64,000 bases of DNA from Pristiophorus japonicus. Lineage: Eukaryota. Both the position numbers and the translations under genes were made by a program. The DNA lies in the NCBI RefSeq assembly GCF_044704955.1, contig NW_027253959.1, positions 496,001 to 560,000 of the forward strand, in the 5' to 3' direction. Positions 1 to 14,800 of this stretch are shown piece by piece. Numbering within the stretch: position 1 is the first letter of the stretch; each line of letters starts with the position of its first letter. The notes under the pieces were generated by a model. The model was not told where the DNA came from, made no database searches, and saw nothing but the letters and a program-made list of their open reading frames with translations.

Positions 1-620
1 CTTTCGAATTGTACCCTTTAGTTTAAGTTTCCTCTCCTCATTCTTCCTACCACAATGCTTCAAGTCACACCTTTCTCCGTTTCTTTGCCATGTGTCCACC
101 CATTCCAACCGCATGTCTATGTTCTCTTGAAGTCCTCACTATCATCTTATATATTACGTAAGTTCATCTTTCACTCTTCTGAACTCCAATTTGTATAAGC
201 CCAACTTACTCAAACGATCATCATAAGTCAACCAGCCTCTTCTCCGGAATCTACATCGTGAATACCCTGCACAGTTGTAGCAGGTTTTCTCTCGTTTTAT
301 ACTCCATCGCCCTCACAATAAAGGCCATCATTCCATTTGCCTTCCTGACTAATTGCTGTACCGACATGCTAACTGTTTGTGTTTCATGCACAAGGACCCC
401 CAGATCCCTCTGTACTGCAGCACTTTGTAATCTTTCTCCAGTGCAATCTTAATTTACATTTCTATTTTTCCTGCCAAAGTGGACAATCTCACGTTATCCA
501 ACATTATACTCCATCTGCCAGATGTTTGCCATCTCATTTAGCCTGTCTATAACCCTCTGCAGATTTTTCGTGTCCTTCTCACAGTTCGGTTTGCCACCAA
601 CCTTCGTATCGTCAGCAGAA
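1..620 (-). mobile_element. CR1 LINE RT fragments
   Basis: Minus-strand ADDTKVGG...LQR...WQMEYNV motif. Confidence 0.85.
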
Positions 621-699
621 TTGGCGAGTCCTCTGCCTCGCGCACTTCCAGATGTTCCTTTGCGGAATCTCTGAGACATTTGTATGGACCCAGTGGGAA

Positions 700-1005
700 T
701 CTTTCGGTGCAGACATTAAGCTGAGGTTCAATCTTCCCACTCAGTTGGATTTAAAGGATTCAAGGCACTACCTTGAAGAGCAGAGAAGATCTCCAGAGTT
801 CACAGCGCAAATATTTAAACTTCAACTAACATCTGAAGAAGAGATTATCTGATCATTGCTGTTTGTGGGATCTTGCTGTGCTCACATTGGCTGCCACATT
901 TCCTGCATTACAACAAGAAACACACTTCCAAAGTAATTCATTGGCTGTAAAACACTTTGGAACATCATGCGGTCATGAAATGTACTGCATAAATGTAACT
1001 TGTTT
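700..1005 (+). mobile_element. SINE fragment, Deu-domain type (SacSINE1-like)
   Basis: cattgctgtttgtgggatcttgctgtgc...ttggctgccacatttcct...cattggctgtaaa core, repeated at 24190-24630 and inverted at 43575-43870; family assigned from memory. Confidence 0.65.
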
Positions 1006-1989
1006 CTAAATGTCAACGGTTTAAAATACACTTTGCGATATGTGAAAAGCTCACACATCAGTGCAATTGTAGAACACTCCTCTGGTCAATGTCTCAACGG
1101 ATGCCAGCAAAAATTGTTTTTTGGTACATTTCTCGAAATTATAGGAGAATAAATTATAGATGATACCCATGGACAGAATGGAGAAAGATTCTAGTCACAG
1201 TACATAGTGACATCTTAAATGTGTCAGTGGAGATGTCCTGTATACTCTCCCTCTCCTATTTCCACTTTCCATCTTGTCTCTCAAGAATAGATCATTGACA
1301 TTCCCCCACAACCAGATTTCAACATCTAACAAAAGTTGTCCTTGAGCCCTAATGATATGCCTCGAACCAAATTGATTGGAGTGCGCAGAGGGAGCTTTAT
1401 TCCAAAATATGACCAGTGCATTAAAGGATGTGGGAATGTTAAATGGAACAATGTAGAGGGAGTTTTAATCTGTATCTACAACGTGCTGTACCTGCCCTGG
1501 AAGTGTTTGATGGGACGGTGCAGAGGGAGCATTACACTTTACCTGAGACATGCTGTACCTGCTCTGGGAGTGTTTGATGGAGCAGTGCAGTGTGCACTTT
1601 CCTCTGTTTCTGACACATGCATACATGCCCTGGGAGTTACAGGGTCTAGTGCAAAATAACTGAGTCAGGGTGTAATGTAACATAAACACTGACTTGGTCT
1701 ACTTTATTATAAACAGAGGCATGTTCTAGTGCAGTTATAACGGTGACAGGATCTAGTCTCACACAAACAGAGACATGGTAGAGGTTAAGTAATATGGAAG
1801 AATGGAGTGAGTGTAATGTAAACAGTGTCCTTGTCTAGTTTAATATGAACAGAGAAAGGGTCTTGCGTAACAAAAACAAAGGTATGGCACATTCCAGTAA
1901 TATCTGAGACAGGCCTAGAACAATATTAGTAGTTCATGTGCAGTTGTAACTGAGGTAGGGCCCAGTGCAGTAATTACTGATACAGGGAC

Positions 1990-3650
1990 ATTGTTTTATT
2001 AGTTCCTGGCATGTGGGTGTGGGTGTCGGTGACTAGGCCGACATCGATTGTCCATCACTAATTGGCCTTTCGAAGCAGGTGGTGAGCTGTCGCCTTGAAC
2101 TGCTTCAGACCATGCCGTGAAGGGACTGCAACAGTGTTCGGGAGGGGGTACCACAAATTTTACCCAGCGACTATGAAGGAACGGTAATACATTTCCAAGT
2201 AAGGATGGTTTGTGATTTGGAGGGATACGTGGAGGTGATGGTGTTACATTCAGCCAGCTGCCCTTGTCCTTTTCGGTGGAAGAGCTCGCAGGTTTGTGGG
2301 GTGTTGCCAAAGATGTCTTGGCAAGTTCCTGAAATGCATCTTGTGGATAGTAATAACTGCAGACATGGTGCGCCGGTGGTGGAGGGAGTGAATATTTAAT
2401 GTGATGGATGGGGTAATATAAACTGAGGTTGGGTCTAGTGTAGTAATAACTGAGAGTGGGCCTGGTGTATTATAGAATCATAGAATGGTTACAGAAAAGA
2501 AGAGGGCCATTCGGCCCATATAGCCCGTGCCGCTCTCTGCAAGAGTATTTCAGCGAGTCCACTTCCCCGCCGTTTCCCATAGACCTGTGTATTGTCTTCC
2601 TTCAGGAACTTATCCAATTCCCTTTGCAACTTCATGATTGATTCTGACTCCCCCACCCTTGCAGGCCGTGCAATCCAGATCCTAACCACTCGCTGCTTAA
2701 AAAAGTTTTCCTCATGTCACCTTTGGTTCTTCCGGCTAATACTTTAAATATGTGTCTTCTGTTCTCCACCCTGCCACTAATTGGAACAGTTTCTCTCCAG
2801 CTACTCTGTCTAGGCTGTTTGTTTTTCTGAACACCTCTCTCAAATCTCATCTGATCTTTCCCTGCTCGAATGAGAACAACCCCAGCTTCGCCAGACTATC
2901 CATGTAACAGAAGTACCTTATCCGTGGAATCACATTTGTAAATATTTTCTGAGTCTTCTGTAAGACCTTCATATCCTTCCTAAAGTGCGATGCCCAGAAT
3001 TGGACACAATTATCCACTTGAGGCTGAACCAGTGTTTTTTAATGTTCATCATATCTTCCTTTAGATTGTATTTTGTGCGTCTATTTATGAAGCCCAGGAT
3101 CCCATAATATTTTTAGCCACTTTCTCAGCCGGCCCTGCCATCTTCAATGATTTGTGCACAAATCCCCCCAGGTCACAGTGTTCATGCACCCCCTTTAGAA
3201 TTCTACCCTTTAGTTTATATTGCCTCTCCTCATTCTTCCTACCAAAATGTATCACGTCACACCTTTCTCCGTTTCATTTGCCATGTGTCCACCCATTCCA
3301 CCAACACATCTATGTCCTCTTGAAGTCATCACTATGACACTGTTCACTATACCTCCAAGCTATGTGTCATCTGAAAATTTTGAATTGTTCCCCAACACCC
3401 AAATGTAAGTCATGAATATAAATCAAGAATAGCAGTGTTCCTAGTACCAACCGCTGCAGAACACCGCTGTATACCTTCCTCCAACCAAAAAAAACAACCG
3501 GTCACCACTACTCTCTGGTTGCGGTCACTCAGCCAATTTCATATCCATGCTGCCACTATCCCCTTTATGCTGTGGGCTTCAACTATGCTGGCAAGGATAT
3601 TATCAAGGCACTTTATCAAACATCTTTTGGAAGTCCACCACATCAACCAT
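1990..3650 (-). mobile_element. Non-LTR retrotransposon 3' fragments (1990-2420 LINE tail; 2470-3650 CR1)
   Basis: tagaatcatagaat tail; decayed CR1 C-terminal peptides on minus strand; paralogous to 26170-27600. Confidence 0.75.
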
Positions 3651-4119
3651 ATGAACTGAGACTGTATCTAGTGCAGTAAAATCTGTGACCGGACCCGGTG
3701 AAATGAGAGAAACAATAAGTCAGGTAATTACAGATTTATTAATCTCATTCCAGGTACAGGTGCAGTTTCATTTTTACCATCACTTGCACCAATAATCCCA
3801 CACGCAAGGTGTACATCAGGGGATTCTGTGTGATGCTGAGGTGATCACTGGACAATAAAGCTCAGAGACTGGCTATGCTCGGTGTGATTTAATCCCCTTT
3901 CCCACTGAATACTGCGGACAGACATGGCCACCTTGGGAATGCAATGGTAAGTGTGACATCACGTTCTAAACAAGAGCACGCAAGACAATGTTTTAGCAAT
4001 AAACATTAAAGGATTAAACGATCTGCAATTAGCTGTTGAAGACAATAAAATGCTGAAAAATAATGGTTGAAGCTAATCATTTATCTTTGTGCTGTGCACT
4101 ATTAATGATGTGTTTTGTA

Positions 4120-4240
4120 CATACACACAGACACAGACACAAACGTATTCACACATACACACACACATATACACACACAATCTCTTATACACACACACAT
4201 ACACACACAAATACACATATAGCAAACACTTTGTGTGTGC
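4120..4240. repeat. Imperfect (CA)n microsatellite
   Basis: Direct inspection. Confidence 0.9.
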
Positions 4241-4779
4241 ACACTTCAGTTCGTGTCAACTTAATGTGATCATTTGTTCCGGTGGACATTAGGACCCTGC
4301 CGCCACCCATCTGCCGGTGCTGTGAAGTCCCAGTTCCAGGCTCTCTCTGGCACAATCAATGGGCCATGTGAAAGTTCAATAGAAAATACTGCATGAAACA
4401 CAATCCTCAACATTAAAGAACTGGGAGAAATTGGCACAGGACAACACAAGTGTGAATGAGTGATCTTTAACACACAGCTTGCCACTCAGTAGTGCACGGT
4501 GCAGTGAATGGCTCTCCTTCAGTCCTGCCACTCAATCCCAGTCCATCTCTGGGAGATGTTACAAGATTCACCCCATCTTCTCAACAGAAATATTGCCACA
4601 CAATACCAGATCAATGAGACATTGCACACAAATCTTGATAGCTATTAACGAAACTAAAACTATGTTCCAATCAAAAATTATTGCATCCTCCCACACACAC
4701 ACATATATATATCTTTATTTACATATTCGATCCATCTATATATCTTTTGTCTATCGAACAAATGCAAGGTCAAGTCCAG

Positions 4780-6515
4780 AAATAACTGAGGCAGGGTCTG
4801 TTTTACAATAAATTGACTTATAGTCCCTGGAGTGGGAGTTTATCACGAAATTATCTGAGACCGAGTCAAAAGTGAGACATACTGAGCCTCGTTTGACAAC
4901 AAACAGACATTGTCTTGTGAAGTACAATGTATACATGGCCCAGTGTAACATAAATGGAGACAGGGTCTCGTGCAATATAAACAGAGACATTGTCGAGTGT
5001 ATATAATCAGAGACAGAGTCGAGTGTAATAGAGACAGGGACAGTATCTTTTGTAATATAAACAGAGACAGGGTGTAGAGTAAAATAAACAGAGACAAGGT
5101 CTAGTGCAATATAAATAGGGACAGGGCCTAGTGTAATACAAACAGAGACAGGGTGCACTGTAATCTAAACAGAGACAGTGCCTAGTGTAATACAAACAGA
5201 GAAAGTGTCCATTGTAATATAAAAAGAGACAGGGGCTAGTGTAATATAAACAGGGTCAGGGTGTGGTGTAATATCAATAGGGGCAGAGTGTAGTGAATTA
5301 CAAACAGAGACCGGGTCCAGCGTAATTTAAACAGGGTCGGGGTAATTTGTAATATAAACAGGGACAGGGTGTAGTGTAATATAAACAGGGACAGGGTCTA
5401 GTGCAATATAAACAGATACAGGGTCTGGTGTAATATAAACAGGGACAGGGTCTAGTGTAATATCAACGGAGACAGGGTCTATAAAATATAAACAGAGACA
5501 GGGATTAGTGTAATATAAACAGGAACAGGGTCTCCTGTAATATAAACAGAGACAAGGTCTAGTGTAACATTTACAGAGACAGGATCTCGTGTAACAAAAA
5601 CAGAAACAGAGTCTCGTGTAATATAAACAGGGACAGGGTCGAGTGTAATATAAACAGAGACAGGGTCTAGTGTAATATAAACAGAGACAGGGCCTAGTGT
5701 TATATAAACAGAGACAGGGCCTAGTGCAATATACATATAGACAGGGCCGTGTGCAATATAAACAGAGACATCGTCTGGTGTAACATTAAATGAGACACGA
5801 TCTAGTGTAATATAAACAGAGGCAGGTCTAGTGTAATATAAACTGAGACAGGGTCTAGTGTAATATAAACAGAGAAATCGTCCAGTCTAATATAAACAGA
5901 AACAGGGTCCAGAGTTACATACACAGAGACATGGACTCATGTAATCAAAACAGAAACAGGGCCCAGTGTATTATAAACAGAGACAGGCTCAAGTGTTTTA
6001 TAAACGGAGACACGGTCAAGTGTAATATAAAGAGAGACAGGGTCCAGTGTAATATAAACAGAGACAGGGTCTAGTGTAATATAAACAGAGACAGGGTCTA
6101 GTGTAATGTAAATCGAGACAGGGCCTAGTGTAATATAAACAGAGACAGGGCAGAGTGCAATATAAACAGAGACATGGTCTCCTGTAATATAAACAGAGAC
6201 AGGGTCTAGTGTAATATAAACAGAGACAGGGCCTAGTGTAATATATATATAGACAGGGCCTAGTGCAATATAAACAGAGACATCGTCTAGTGTAATATTA
6301 AATGAGACAGGATCTAGTGTAATATAAACAGAGACAGGGCTAGTGTAATGTAAATAGAGACAGGGTCTACTGTAATTTAAGAAGAGACAGGGCCGAGTGT
6401 GATAAAAACAGAGACATTGTCTAGTGTAATGTTAAATGAGACAGGGTCTAGTGTAATATAAACAGAGACAGGGTCGAGTGTGATATAAATAGTGACAGTG
6501 CCTAGCGTAATATAA
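4780..6515 (+). repeat. 27-bp tandem satellite (gtgtaatataaacagagacagggtcta)n
   Basis: 9-aa periodic ORFs (VSVYITLDP) confirm the 27-nt period. Confidence 0.95.
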
Positions 6516-6519
6516 TGAT

Positions 6520-9500
6520 AACAACAGAAGAAATAGGATTCGGAGTAGGCCACCTGGCCCCTTGAGCCTGCTCCACCATTTAATAAGATCATGGCTGATC
6601 TGATCATGGACTCAGCTCAACTTCTCTGATCACTCCCCATAACCATTTATTCCCTCATCGCTCAAAGATCTCTCAAGAAAAATATTTTCTGTTGAGGACG
6701 AAAGGGTGTAAGAGAAAGGATATCAATCCATGGCTAACTAAGAAAATAAAGGACGGTATTCAATTAAAAACAAGCGCTAACTGGCCAAGTCTAATGGGAG
6801 GACAGAAGATTTGGAAACGTTAAAAAGCCATCGAAGCACGACTAAAAAAATGATTTAGAAAGGAAAGATGGAGTATGAAAGTAAACTGGCACGAAATATA
6901 AAAATAGATCGCAAGAGTTTCTGTAGGTATATAAAAAGTAAAAGAGTGGCTGGAGTAAATGTTGGTCCCTTCGAGGACGAGACTATGGTATTAGGAATTG
7001 GGAACATGGAGATGGCAGAACGCTGAACAAATATTTTTTATCAGTCTTTAGGGTAGAGGACACTAAAAATATTCCAACAGTGGATCGTCAATGGGCTGTA
7101 GCGGGGCGAGGAACTTAACACAATCACAATCACGAAGGAGGCGGTGCACAGTAAGATAATTGACTAAAGGCAGATAAATTCCCTGGACCTGATGGCTTGC
7201 ATCCTTGCATCTTAAGAGAAGTTGCGACAGGGATAGTGGATGCATTGGTTGTAATTTACCAAAATTCCCCTGATTCTGGAGAGGCCCCAGCAGAGTGGAA
7301 TACTGCAAATTTAACGCCCCAATTTAAAAAGGAGGCAGACAAATAGCTAGGAATTATAGAACAGTTCGCCTAACATCTGAAGTTGGGAAAATGTTGGAGT
7401 TCATTATTAAAGAAGCAGTAGTAGAACTTTTGGAAAAGCAAAATTCTGTCAGGAAGAGTCAGCATGGATTTATGAAGGTAAGTCATGTTTCACAAATTTG
7501 CTAGAATTATTTGAGGATGTAATGAACAGGGTGGATAAAGGGGAACACATTGATGTGTTGCAGTTCGACTTCCACAAGGCATTTGACAAGGTGCTACATA
7601 AAAGGTTACTGTGCAAGATAAAAGTTCACGGGGTTGGGAGTAATATATTAGCATGGATAGAGGATTGGCTTATGAACAGAAAGCAGAGAGTAGGGATACA
7701 TAGTTCATTCTCGGGTTGACAATCATTAACCAGTAGGGTGTCGCAGGAATCAGTGCTAGGTCCCCAACTATTTACAATCAATATTAACGACTTGGAGAAA
7801 GGGACTGAGTGTAACATAATCAAGTTTGTCGATGATACAAAGATGGGAGGAAAAGCAATGTGTGAGGAGAACACATAAAATCTGCAAAAGGACATAGACA
7901 GGGTCCGTGATTTGGCAAAACTTTGTCAGAGGAGTATAATGTTGTAAAATATGAGGTTATGCACTCTGACAGAAAAAAATCAAAGAGCAAGTTATTATTT
8001 AAATGGAGAAAGATTGCAAAGTACTGCAGTACAGCAGGACCTGGGGCATTTGTGCATGAAACACAAAAGGTTAGTATGCAGGTACAGCAAGTGATCAATA
8101 AGGCCAATGGAATCTTGGCCTTTATTGCAAAGGGGATGGAGTTTAAAAGCAGGGAGGTCTTGCTACAGTTGCCCAGGATATAAGTGAGGCCACACGTGGA
8201 ATACTCCGTGCAGTTTTGGTTCCCATATTTACGAAATGATATACTTGCTTTGGAGGACGTTCAGAGAAGTTTCACAAGGATGCTTCCAGAGAGGAGGGGA
8301 TTGATTATGGGGAAAGGTTGAGGAGGTTGGACCTCTACTCTTTGGAATTCAGAAGAATGAGAGGTGATCCTCTCGAAACCTAATAGATTATGAGGGGGCT
8401 TGACAAGGTGGGTGCAGAGAGGATGTTTCCATCGATAGGGGACACTAGAACTGGAGGGAATGATGTTAGAATAAGGGGCCAGGCATTTAAAACTAAGACG
8501 AATACAAAATATTTGTTCAGAGTTTCTGCCATTTCCATGTTCTCCATTACTAATTCCCCGGTCTCGTCCTCTAAGGGAACAACATTAAGTCTCGCCAATC
8601 TTTTCCTTTTTATATTCCTATCGAAACTCTTGCTATCTGTATATATATATTTCATGCTAATTAACATACATAGTCTATGTTCACTCAGAGAATTGTGAAC
8701 CTGTGGAATTTCCTACCACAGAAAGTTGTTGATGCCAGTTCGCTAGATAATTCAAAAGGGAGTTAGATGTGGCCCTTTTGGCCAAATGTATCAAAGCGAA
8801 TGGAGAGAAAGCATTCATGCGGTACTGAAATTGAATGATCAGTCATGATCATGTAGAAAGATGGTGCATTCTGGAAGTATTTTACATGATTCTATGTTTC
8901 TATTTTTCTAATCATTTTGTTAGTCTTTGATTTGTTGCCTTTTATTTCCTTATTTAGCGACGGATGGTTATCCCTTCTCTTAATTGGGATATATTTTTGT
9001 TGAGAGACATGAAATATTTCGTTAATTGTCTGTCACTGCTCATCAACTGTCCCATACGTTTATCTATTTTCCGAGTCCACTTTGGCCAACTCCGCCCTCA
9101 TACCTTTGTAGTCTTATTGATTAAACCTGAGGACACTGGTTTGACAATTAACTCTCTCTACCTCCAACTGAATTTGAAATTCAACCACGTTATGGTCACT
9201 CATAGATCAGTCCGGCACAGAAAGTGGCAATTCAGTCCATAGAGTCTGTGCTGGCTATTTCGAAGAGCAATCCACTTAGTCCCACTCCCCCACTCTTTCC
9301 CGATATCCCTGCTTTTTATTCTCATTCAAGTATTTATACAATTTCCTTTTGAAAGATACTATTGAATCTGCATCTAGCACCCTATCAGGCCATACTCTCC
9401 AAATCCGAACTAGTGGTTGCATAGAGAAGTTCGTCCACATATCGCCTCTAGTTCTTTTGTTAATCACCTTACATCTGAAACAGTTTATATTTAGTTACTC

Positions 9501-9620
9501 TATCTAAACCCTTGATGATGTTAAACACTTCTATCAAATCTTCTCTTCGTCTTCTCTCCTCTAAGGAGAACAATAAAATCTTCTCCAGTCTCTCCACATT
9601 AACTGATGTCCCTCTTTCCT
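6520..9620. mobile_element. Mosaic of CR1 fragments (main + strand RT copy ~6720-8500, plus minus-strand pieces)
   Basis: FDFHKAFDKVLH, DDTK and 3'-tail motifs with stops and frameshifts. Confidence 0.85.
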
Positions 9621-9810
9621 GGTCATCATCATAGGCATAGGCGGCCCCTGGAAGTCGAGGAAGACTTGCGTCCACTCTAAAAGTGAGTTCTTACGTGACT
9701 GAACAATTCAATTTGGGATTTACAGTCTCTGTCGCAGGTGGGAAATCCAGCCGTTGAAGGAAAGGGTGGGTGTGACTGGTTTGCTGCACGCTCCTTCCGC
9801 TGCCTCGTAC
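9621..9810 (-). mobile_element. RTE-clade LINE 3' end (paralog at 21802-21965)
   Basis: Reverse complement of the 3' end of the 36108-37020 element, including the (TGA)n tail. Confidence 0.7.
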
Positions 9811-10539
9811 TAGTCTACTAAATTTCCTCTTAACATTCTCTGCTCGAAGGAGAACAGCCCCATCTTTTCCAGTCTCTCCACGTAATTTGAAACCCCCATT
9901 CCTGATGCCTTTCCAGTAAATTGCTTCTGTACCCTCTCGAAGGTCTTCACGTCCTTCCTAAAGTGTGGTGCTCAGAATTGAACACATTATTCCAGCTGGG
10001 TCCTAACTAGTGTTCCTAGTCTTTCATCCCTGGTACCAATCTGGTAAATCTCCTCTCACCCTTCTCTGCTGTAAGGAGAACAGTCCCAGCTTCTCCAAGT
10101 CAGTCCACGTAGCGAATACGTGTGTGCTACCGTCCTGTACGCAGAATGACAGAGAGCTCCAGGCGGGAACTGGCCTGTCCTGAACAGTGAAAAGGGGGAG
10201 GGAAAAGAAACAGCTGAAAGTCCACGATGTCTTAAAACAAGCTTTTAAATTGTTATCCTTATTTGTTTTATTTAAAGAAGGAAAATTACCCTGATTGCCC
10301 CAACTAGAATTTCTAACCAGTGCCAGTTCCCCAGCCAACTCCCTCTCCGGAAATTTCACCATTTTTATCTCTGTCAGTTTTATTTGGGGTGGGGTTAACT
10401 ATATATATTTACCTTCGCTGTCTCTCTTATATGTAAATATGTGTGAAAGCCTGGTGAAGGAAATGGATTCATAAAATTCCAGCTGAGTAATTCTAATAGC
10501 TGGAAGGAGAGACACTGCAAAGAGAAAAATAAAAATCGG

Positions 10540-10720
10540 TTGGGCCAAAGGAGGGATAGAGGCTGGGAGGATTGGAGCAAGGGATGGGTGGAGTGATGGA
10601 GGGTTGGAGGGATGTAGGTAGGGAGGGAGAGATGGTGCAGGGAGGGAGCGATTGATGGATGGAGGTTTGGAGGTATGGAGGGCAGGAGGGATGGGTGGAG
10701 GGAGTGATGGAGTATATCCC
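10540..10720. repeat. Purine-rich (GGGA/GGAT)n low-complexity tract; paralog 22700-22865
   Basis: Direct inspection. Confidence 0.85.
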
Positions 10721-11889
10721 AAATTACCCGATCAAAACTCCTCATCATTTTGAACACCTCTGATAAGTGCCCAGAACCTGCTAGGCTCGAAGGAGGACAG
10801 TCCCAGCTTCCAGCTGCTCTGATGGTGCAGCTCACACAGTGTTTAACTCAAGTTCCGTGAGTCCTGCGTCCTTGGGCACTTCCAGTTGTTCCTTGTGGAA
10901 TCACTCATACTTTTATATGGACTCAGTGGAGATCCCACTGTGGAAACGACACCGCAGGCAAGATACGACAACTCGCACCTGACAATAAACAGATCGGTGT
11001 AAGACTCGGCTCAGGCACTCAACTTCAGACACGATGAGCTGAATGGCAGCATTTTAAAATACAAGCTGTCATATGTTCAATTCTCGGCTCCGTGGGATCG
11101 CTCTTTCCTCTGACTCAGAAGGTCACAGATACTAAACACCACTCCAGATACCTGAGCCCATAATCTATGCAAGGTGTTTGTAAATGTCAAAATTTGAAAA
11201 TACAACTTGCGCTATGTAAAAAGCTCAAACATCAATGCAATTGCAGGACATTCCTCTGGTCACTGTTTTAATTTGTTTAGTTTCAGTGGATTAAATCTTC
11301 CACTAACTGGAGATCCAGTGGAATAGCAGCCTGTTCAGGGATGTTCCATTGATTTCAGCAGCAGAACTTTCAGAACAGAATCATCAATTGTAATATTTAT
11401 TCCCTTTGATATAAATCACATCTGTTCTAATTGAACAAAACAGAACCCGACATTACGTTTCGAGATATTTCTATTAATGTTGTTCCAACTGTTAATATTC
11501 TTAACATAAGCCCTTGTTGTGACTTGAAATTAATCAATAAGTGACTCTGTGGATCTGATTTTGCTGCCATGAACACTTGATGGGAACCAGTGAGGCGTTT
11601 AAGTCAATAAACACAGAAATAGAGGTCCCAGAATAGAGTATTGTGTGACAGAAACACAATAAGTGTTTCCCCAGCAACACAGCAGAGAAATAAACAGAGA
11701 AAGAAATGCAAATGTCTCAACAGATTCTAGCAACAATTGTTTTTTGGTACATTTCTCTAAATTAAAGGAGAATAAATTAAAGATGATACCCACAGACAGA
11801 ATGGGGTAAGATGCTTGTCACCGTGTATAGTGACATCACAAATGTCAGTGGGGATTTCCTGAATCCTCTCCCTCTCCTATTTCTACTTT

Positions 11890-14800
11890 AAGAACATAAG
11901 AACATAAGAATTAGGAACAGGATTAGGAACAGGAGTAGTCCATCTAGCCCCTCGATCCTGCTCTGGCTTTCAATAAGATCATGGCTGATCTGGCCGTGGA
12001 CTCAGCTCCACTTACCCGCCCACTCCCTGTAACCCTTAATTCCCCTATTGGTTCAAAATCTATTTATCTGTGACTTGAATACATTCAATGAGCTCGCCTC
12101 AACTGCATCCTTGGGCAGAGAATTCCACAGATTCACAACCTTCTGGGCGAAGAAATTCCTTCTCAACTCGGTTTTAAATTGGCTCCCCCGTATTTTGATG
12201 CTGTGCCCCCTAGTTCGAGTCTCACCGACCAGTGGAAACAACATCTCCGCCTCTATCTTGTCTATCCCTTTCATTATTATAAATGTTTCAATAAGATCAC
12301 CCCTCATGCTTCTGAACTCCAACGAGTAAAGACCCAGTCTACTTAATCTATCATCATAAGGAACCCCCTCATCTCCGGAATCAGCCTAGTGAATCGTCTC
12401 TGTACCCCCTCCAAAGCCAGTATATCATTCCTTAAGTAAGGTGACCAAAACTGCACGCAGTACTCCAGGTGCGGCCTTTCCAATACCCTATAAAGTTGCA
12501 GCAGGACCTCCCTGCTTTTGTACTACATCCCTCTCGCAATGAAGGTCAACATTCCTTTCGCCTTCCTGATTACCTGCTGCACCTGCAAACTACATTTTGG
12601 GATTCATGCACAAGGACCCCCAGGTCCCTCTGCACCTCAACATGATGCAATATGTCCCCATTCAAATAATATTCCCTTTTACTGTTTTTTTTTCCCAAGG
12701 TGGATGACTTCGCACTTTCCAACATTGTATTCCATCTGCCAAACCTTAGCCCATTCGCTTAACCTATCCAAATCTCATTGCAGCCCCTCTGTGTCCTCCA
12801 CACAACCCGCTTTCCCAGTAATCTTTGTGTCATCTGCAAATGTTGTTACATTACTCTCTGTCCCCTCTTCCAGGTCATCTATGTATATTGTTAACAGTTG
12901 TGGTCCCAGCACCGATCCCTGTGGCACACCACTAACCACCGATTTCCATCCCGAAAAGGACCCATTTATCCCGACTTTCTGCTTTTTGTTCGCCAGCCAA
13001 TTCTCTATCCATGCTAAAATATTTCCTCTGAATCTGCGCACCTCTATCTTCTGCAGTAACATTTTGTGTGGCACCTTATCGAATTCCTTTTGGAAATCTA
13101 AATACACCACATCCAGCGGTACACCTCGATCCACCATGCTCGTTATATCCTCAAAGAATTCCAGTAAATTAGTTAAACATGATTTCCCCTTCATGAATCC
13201 ATGCTGCGTCTGCTTGATTGTACTATTCCTATCTAGATGTCCTGCTATTTCATTCTTAATGATAGTTTCAAGCATTTTCCCCACTACAGATGTTAAACTA
13301 ACCGGCATTTAGTTACCTGCCTTTTGTCTGCCACCTTTTTTAAACAGAGGCGTTACATTAGCTGCTTTCCAATCCGATGGTACCTCCCCAGAGTCCAGAG
13401 AATTTTGGTAGATTATAACAAATGTATCTGCTATAACTTCCGCCATCTCTTTTAATACCCTGGGATGCATTTCATCAGAACCAGGGGACTTTGTTACCTT
13501 GAGTCCCATTAGCCTGTTCAGCACTACCCCCCTAGTGATAGTGATTATCTCAAGGTCCTCCCTTCCCACATTCATGTGACCAGCAATTTTTGGCATGGTT
13601 TTTGTGTCTTCCACTGTGAAGACCGAAGCAAAATAATTGTTTAAAGTCTCAGCCATTTCCACATTTCCCATTATTAAATCCCCCTTCTCATCTTCCAAGG
13701 GACCAACATTTACTTTAGTCAATCTTTTCCGTTTTACATATCTGTAAATGCTTTTACTATCTGTTTCTATGTTCTGTGCAAGTTTACCTTCGTAATCTAT
13801 CTTTCCTTTCTTTATTGCTGTTTTAGTCATTCATTGCTGTTGTTTAAAATTTTCCCAATCCTCTAGTTTCCCACTAAACTTGGCCACCTTATACGCATTG
13901 GTCTTTGATTTGATACTCTGCTTTATTTCCTTGGTTATCCATGGCTGGTTATCTCTTCTCTTACCACCCTTCTTTTTCATTGGAATATATTTTTGTTGCG
14001 CACTATGAAAGAGCTCCTTAAAAGTCCTCCACTGTTCCTCAATTGTGCCACCGTTTAATCTGTGTTTCCAGTCTACTTTAGCCAACTCTGCCTTCATCCC
14101 ACTGTAGTCCCATTTGTTTAAGCACAGTACGCTCGTTTCTGACACAACTGCCTCACCCTCAATCTATATTTCAACTTCAACCATACTGTGATCGCTCATT
14201 CCGAGAGCATCTTTTACTTGGTGATCGTTTATTTTTCCTGTTTCATTACATAGGACTGGATCTAAGATAGCTTGCTCCCTTTAGGTTCTGTAACATACTG
14301 TTCTAAGAAACAATCCCGTATGCATTCTATGAATTCCTCCTCCAGGCTACCCCGTGCGATTTGAGTTGACCAATCGAAATGTAGGTTAAAATCCTCCATG
14401 ACTACTGCCGTTCCTTTTTCACATGCCTCCATCATTCCTTGATTATTGTATGCCCCACCGTGAAGTTGTTATTTGTGGGCCTATACATTACGCCCACCAG
14501 TGACTTTTTCCCCTTACTAACTCTAATCTCCACCCACAATGGTTCAACATTTTGTTCATTAGAGTCAATATCGTCTCTGACAACTGCCCTGATATCATTC
14601 TTTATTAACAGAGCTACCACACCTCCTTTCCCTTCTTGTCCATCTTTCCGAATCGTCAAATACACCTGTATGTTTAATTCCCAGTCTTGGAACCTTGCAA
14701 CCATGATTATGTAATGGTCATCAAATCATACCCATTTGTAATGATTTGTGCCGTCAACTCATTTACTTTATCTCGAATGCTGCGTGCGTTTATGTAGAAT

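Noticed and set aside
3700-4700. Unique-looking block with a strong donor (caatg|gtaagt near 3947)
   Set aside because: No clear ORF, partner exon or recognisable product.
4780-6515. CRISPR-like array or repeat protein
   Set aside because: Head-to-tail 27-bp satellite without unique spacers, in vertebrate DNA.
12518-13312. 264-aa + strand ORF
   Set aside because: Antisense shadow of CR1 reverse transcriptase.
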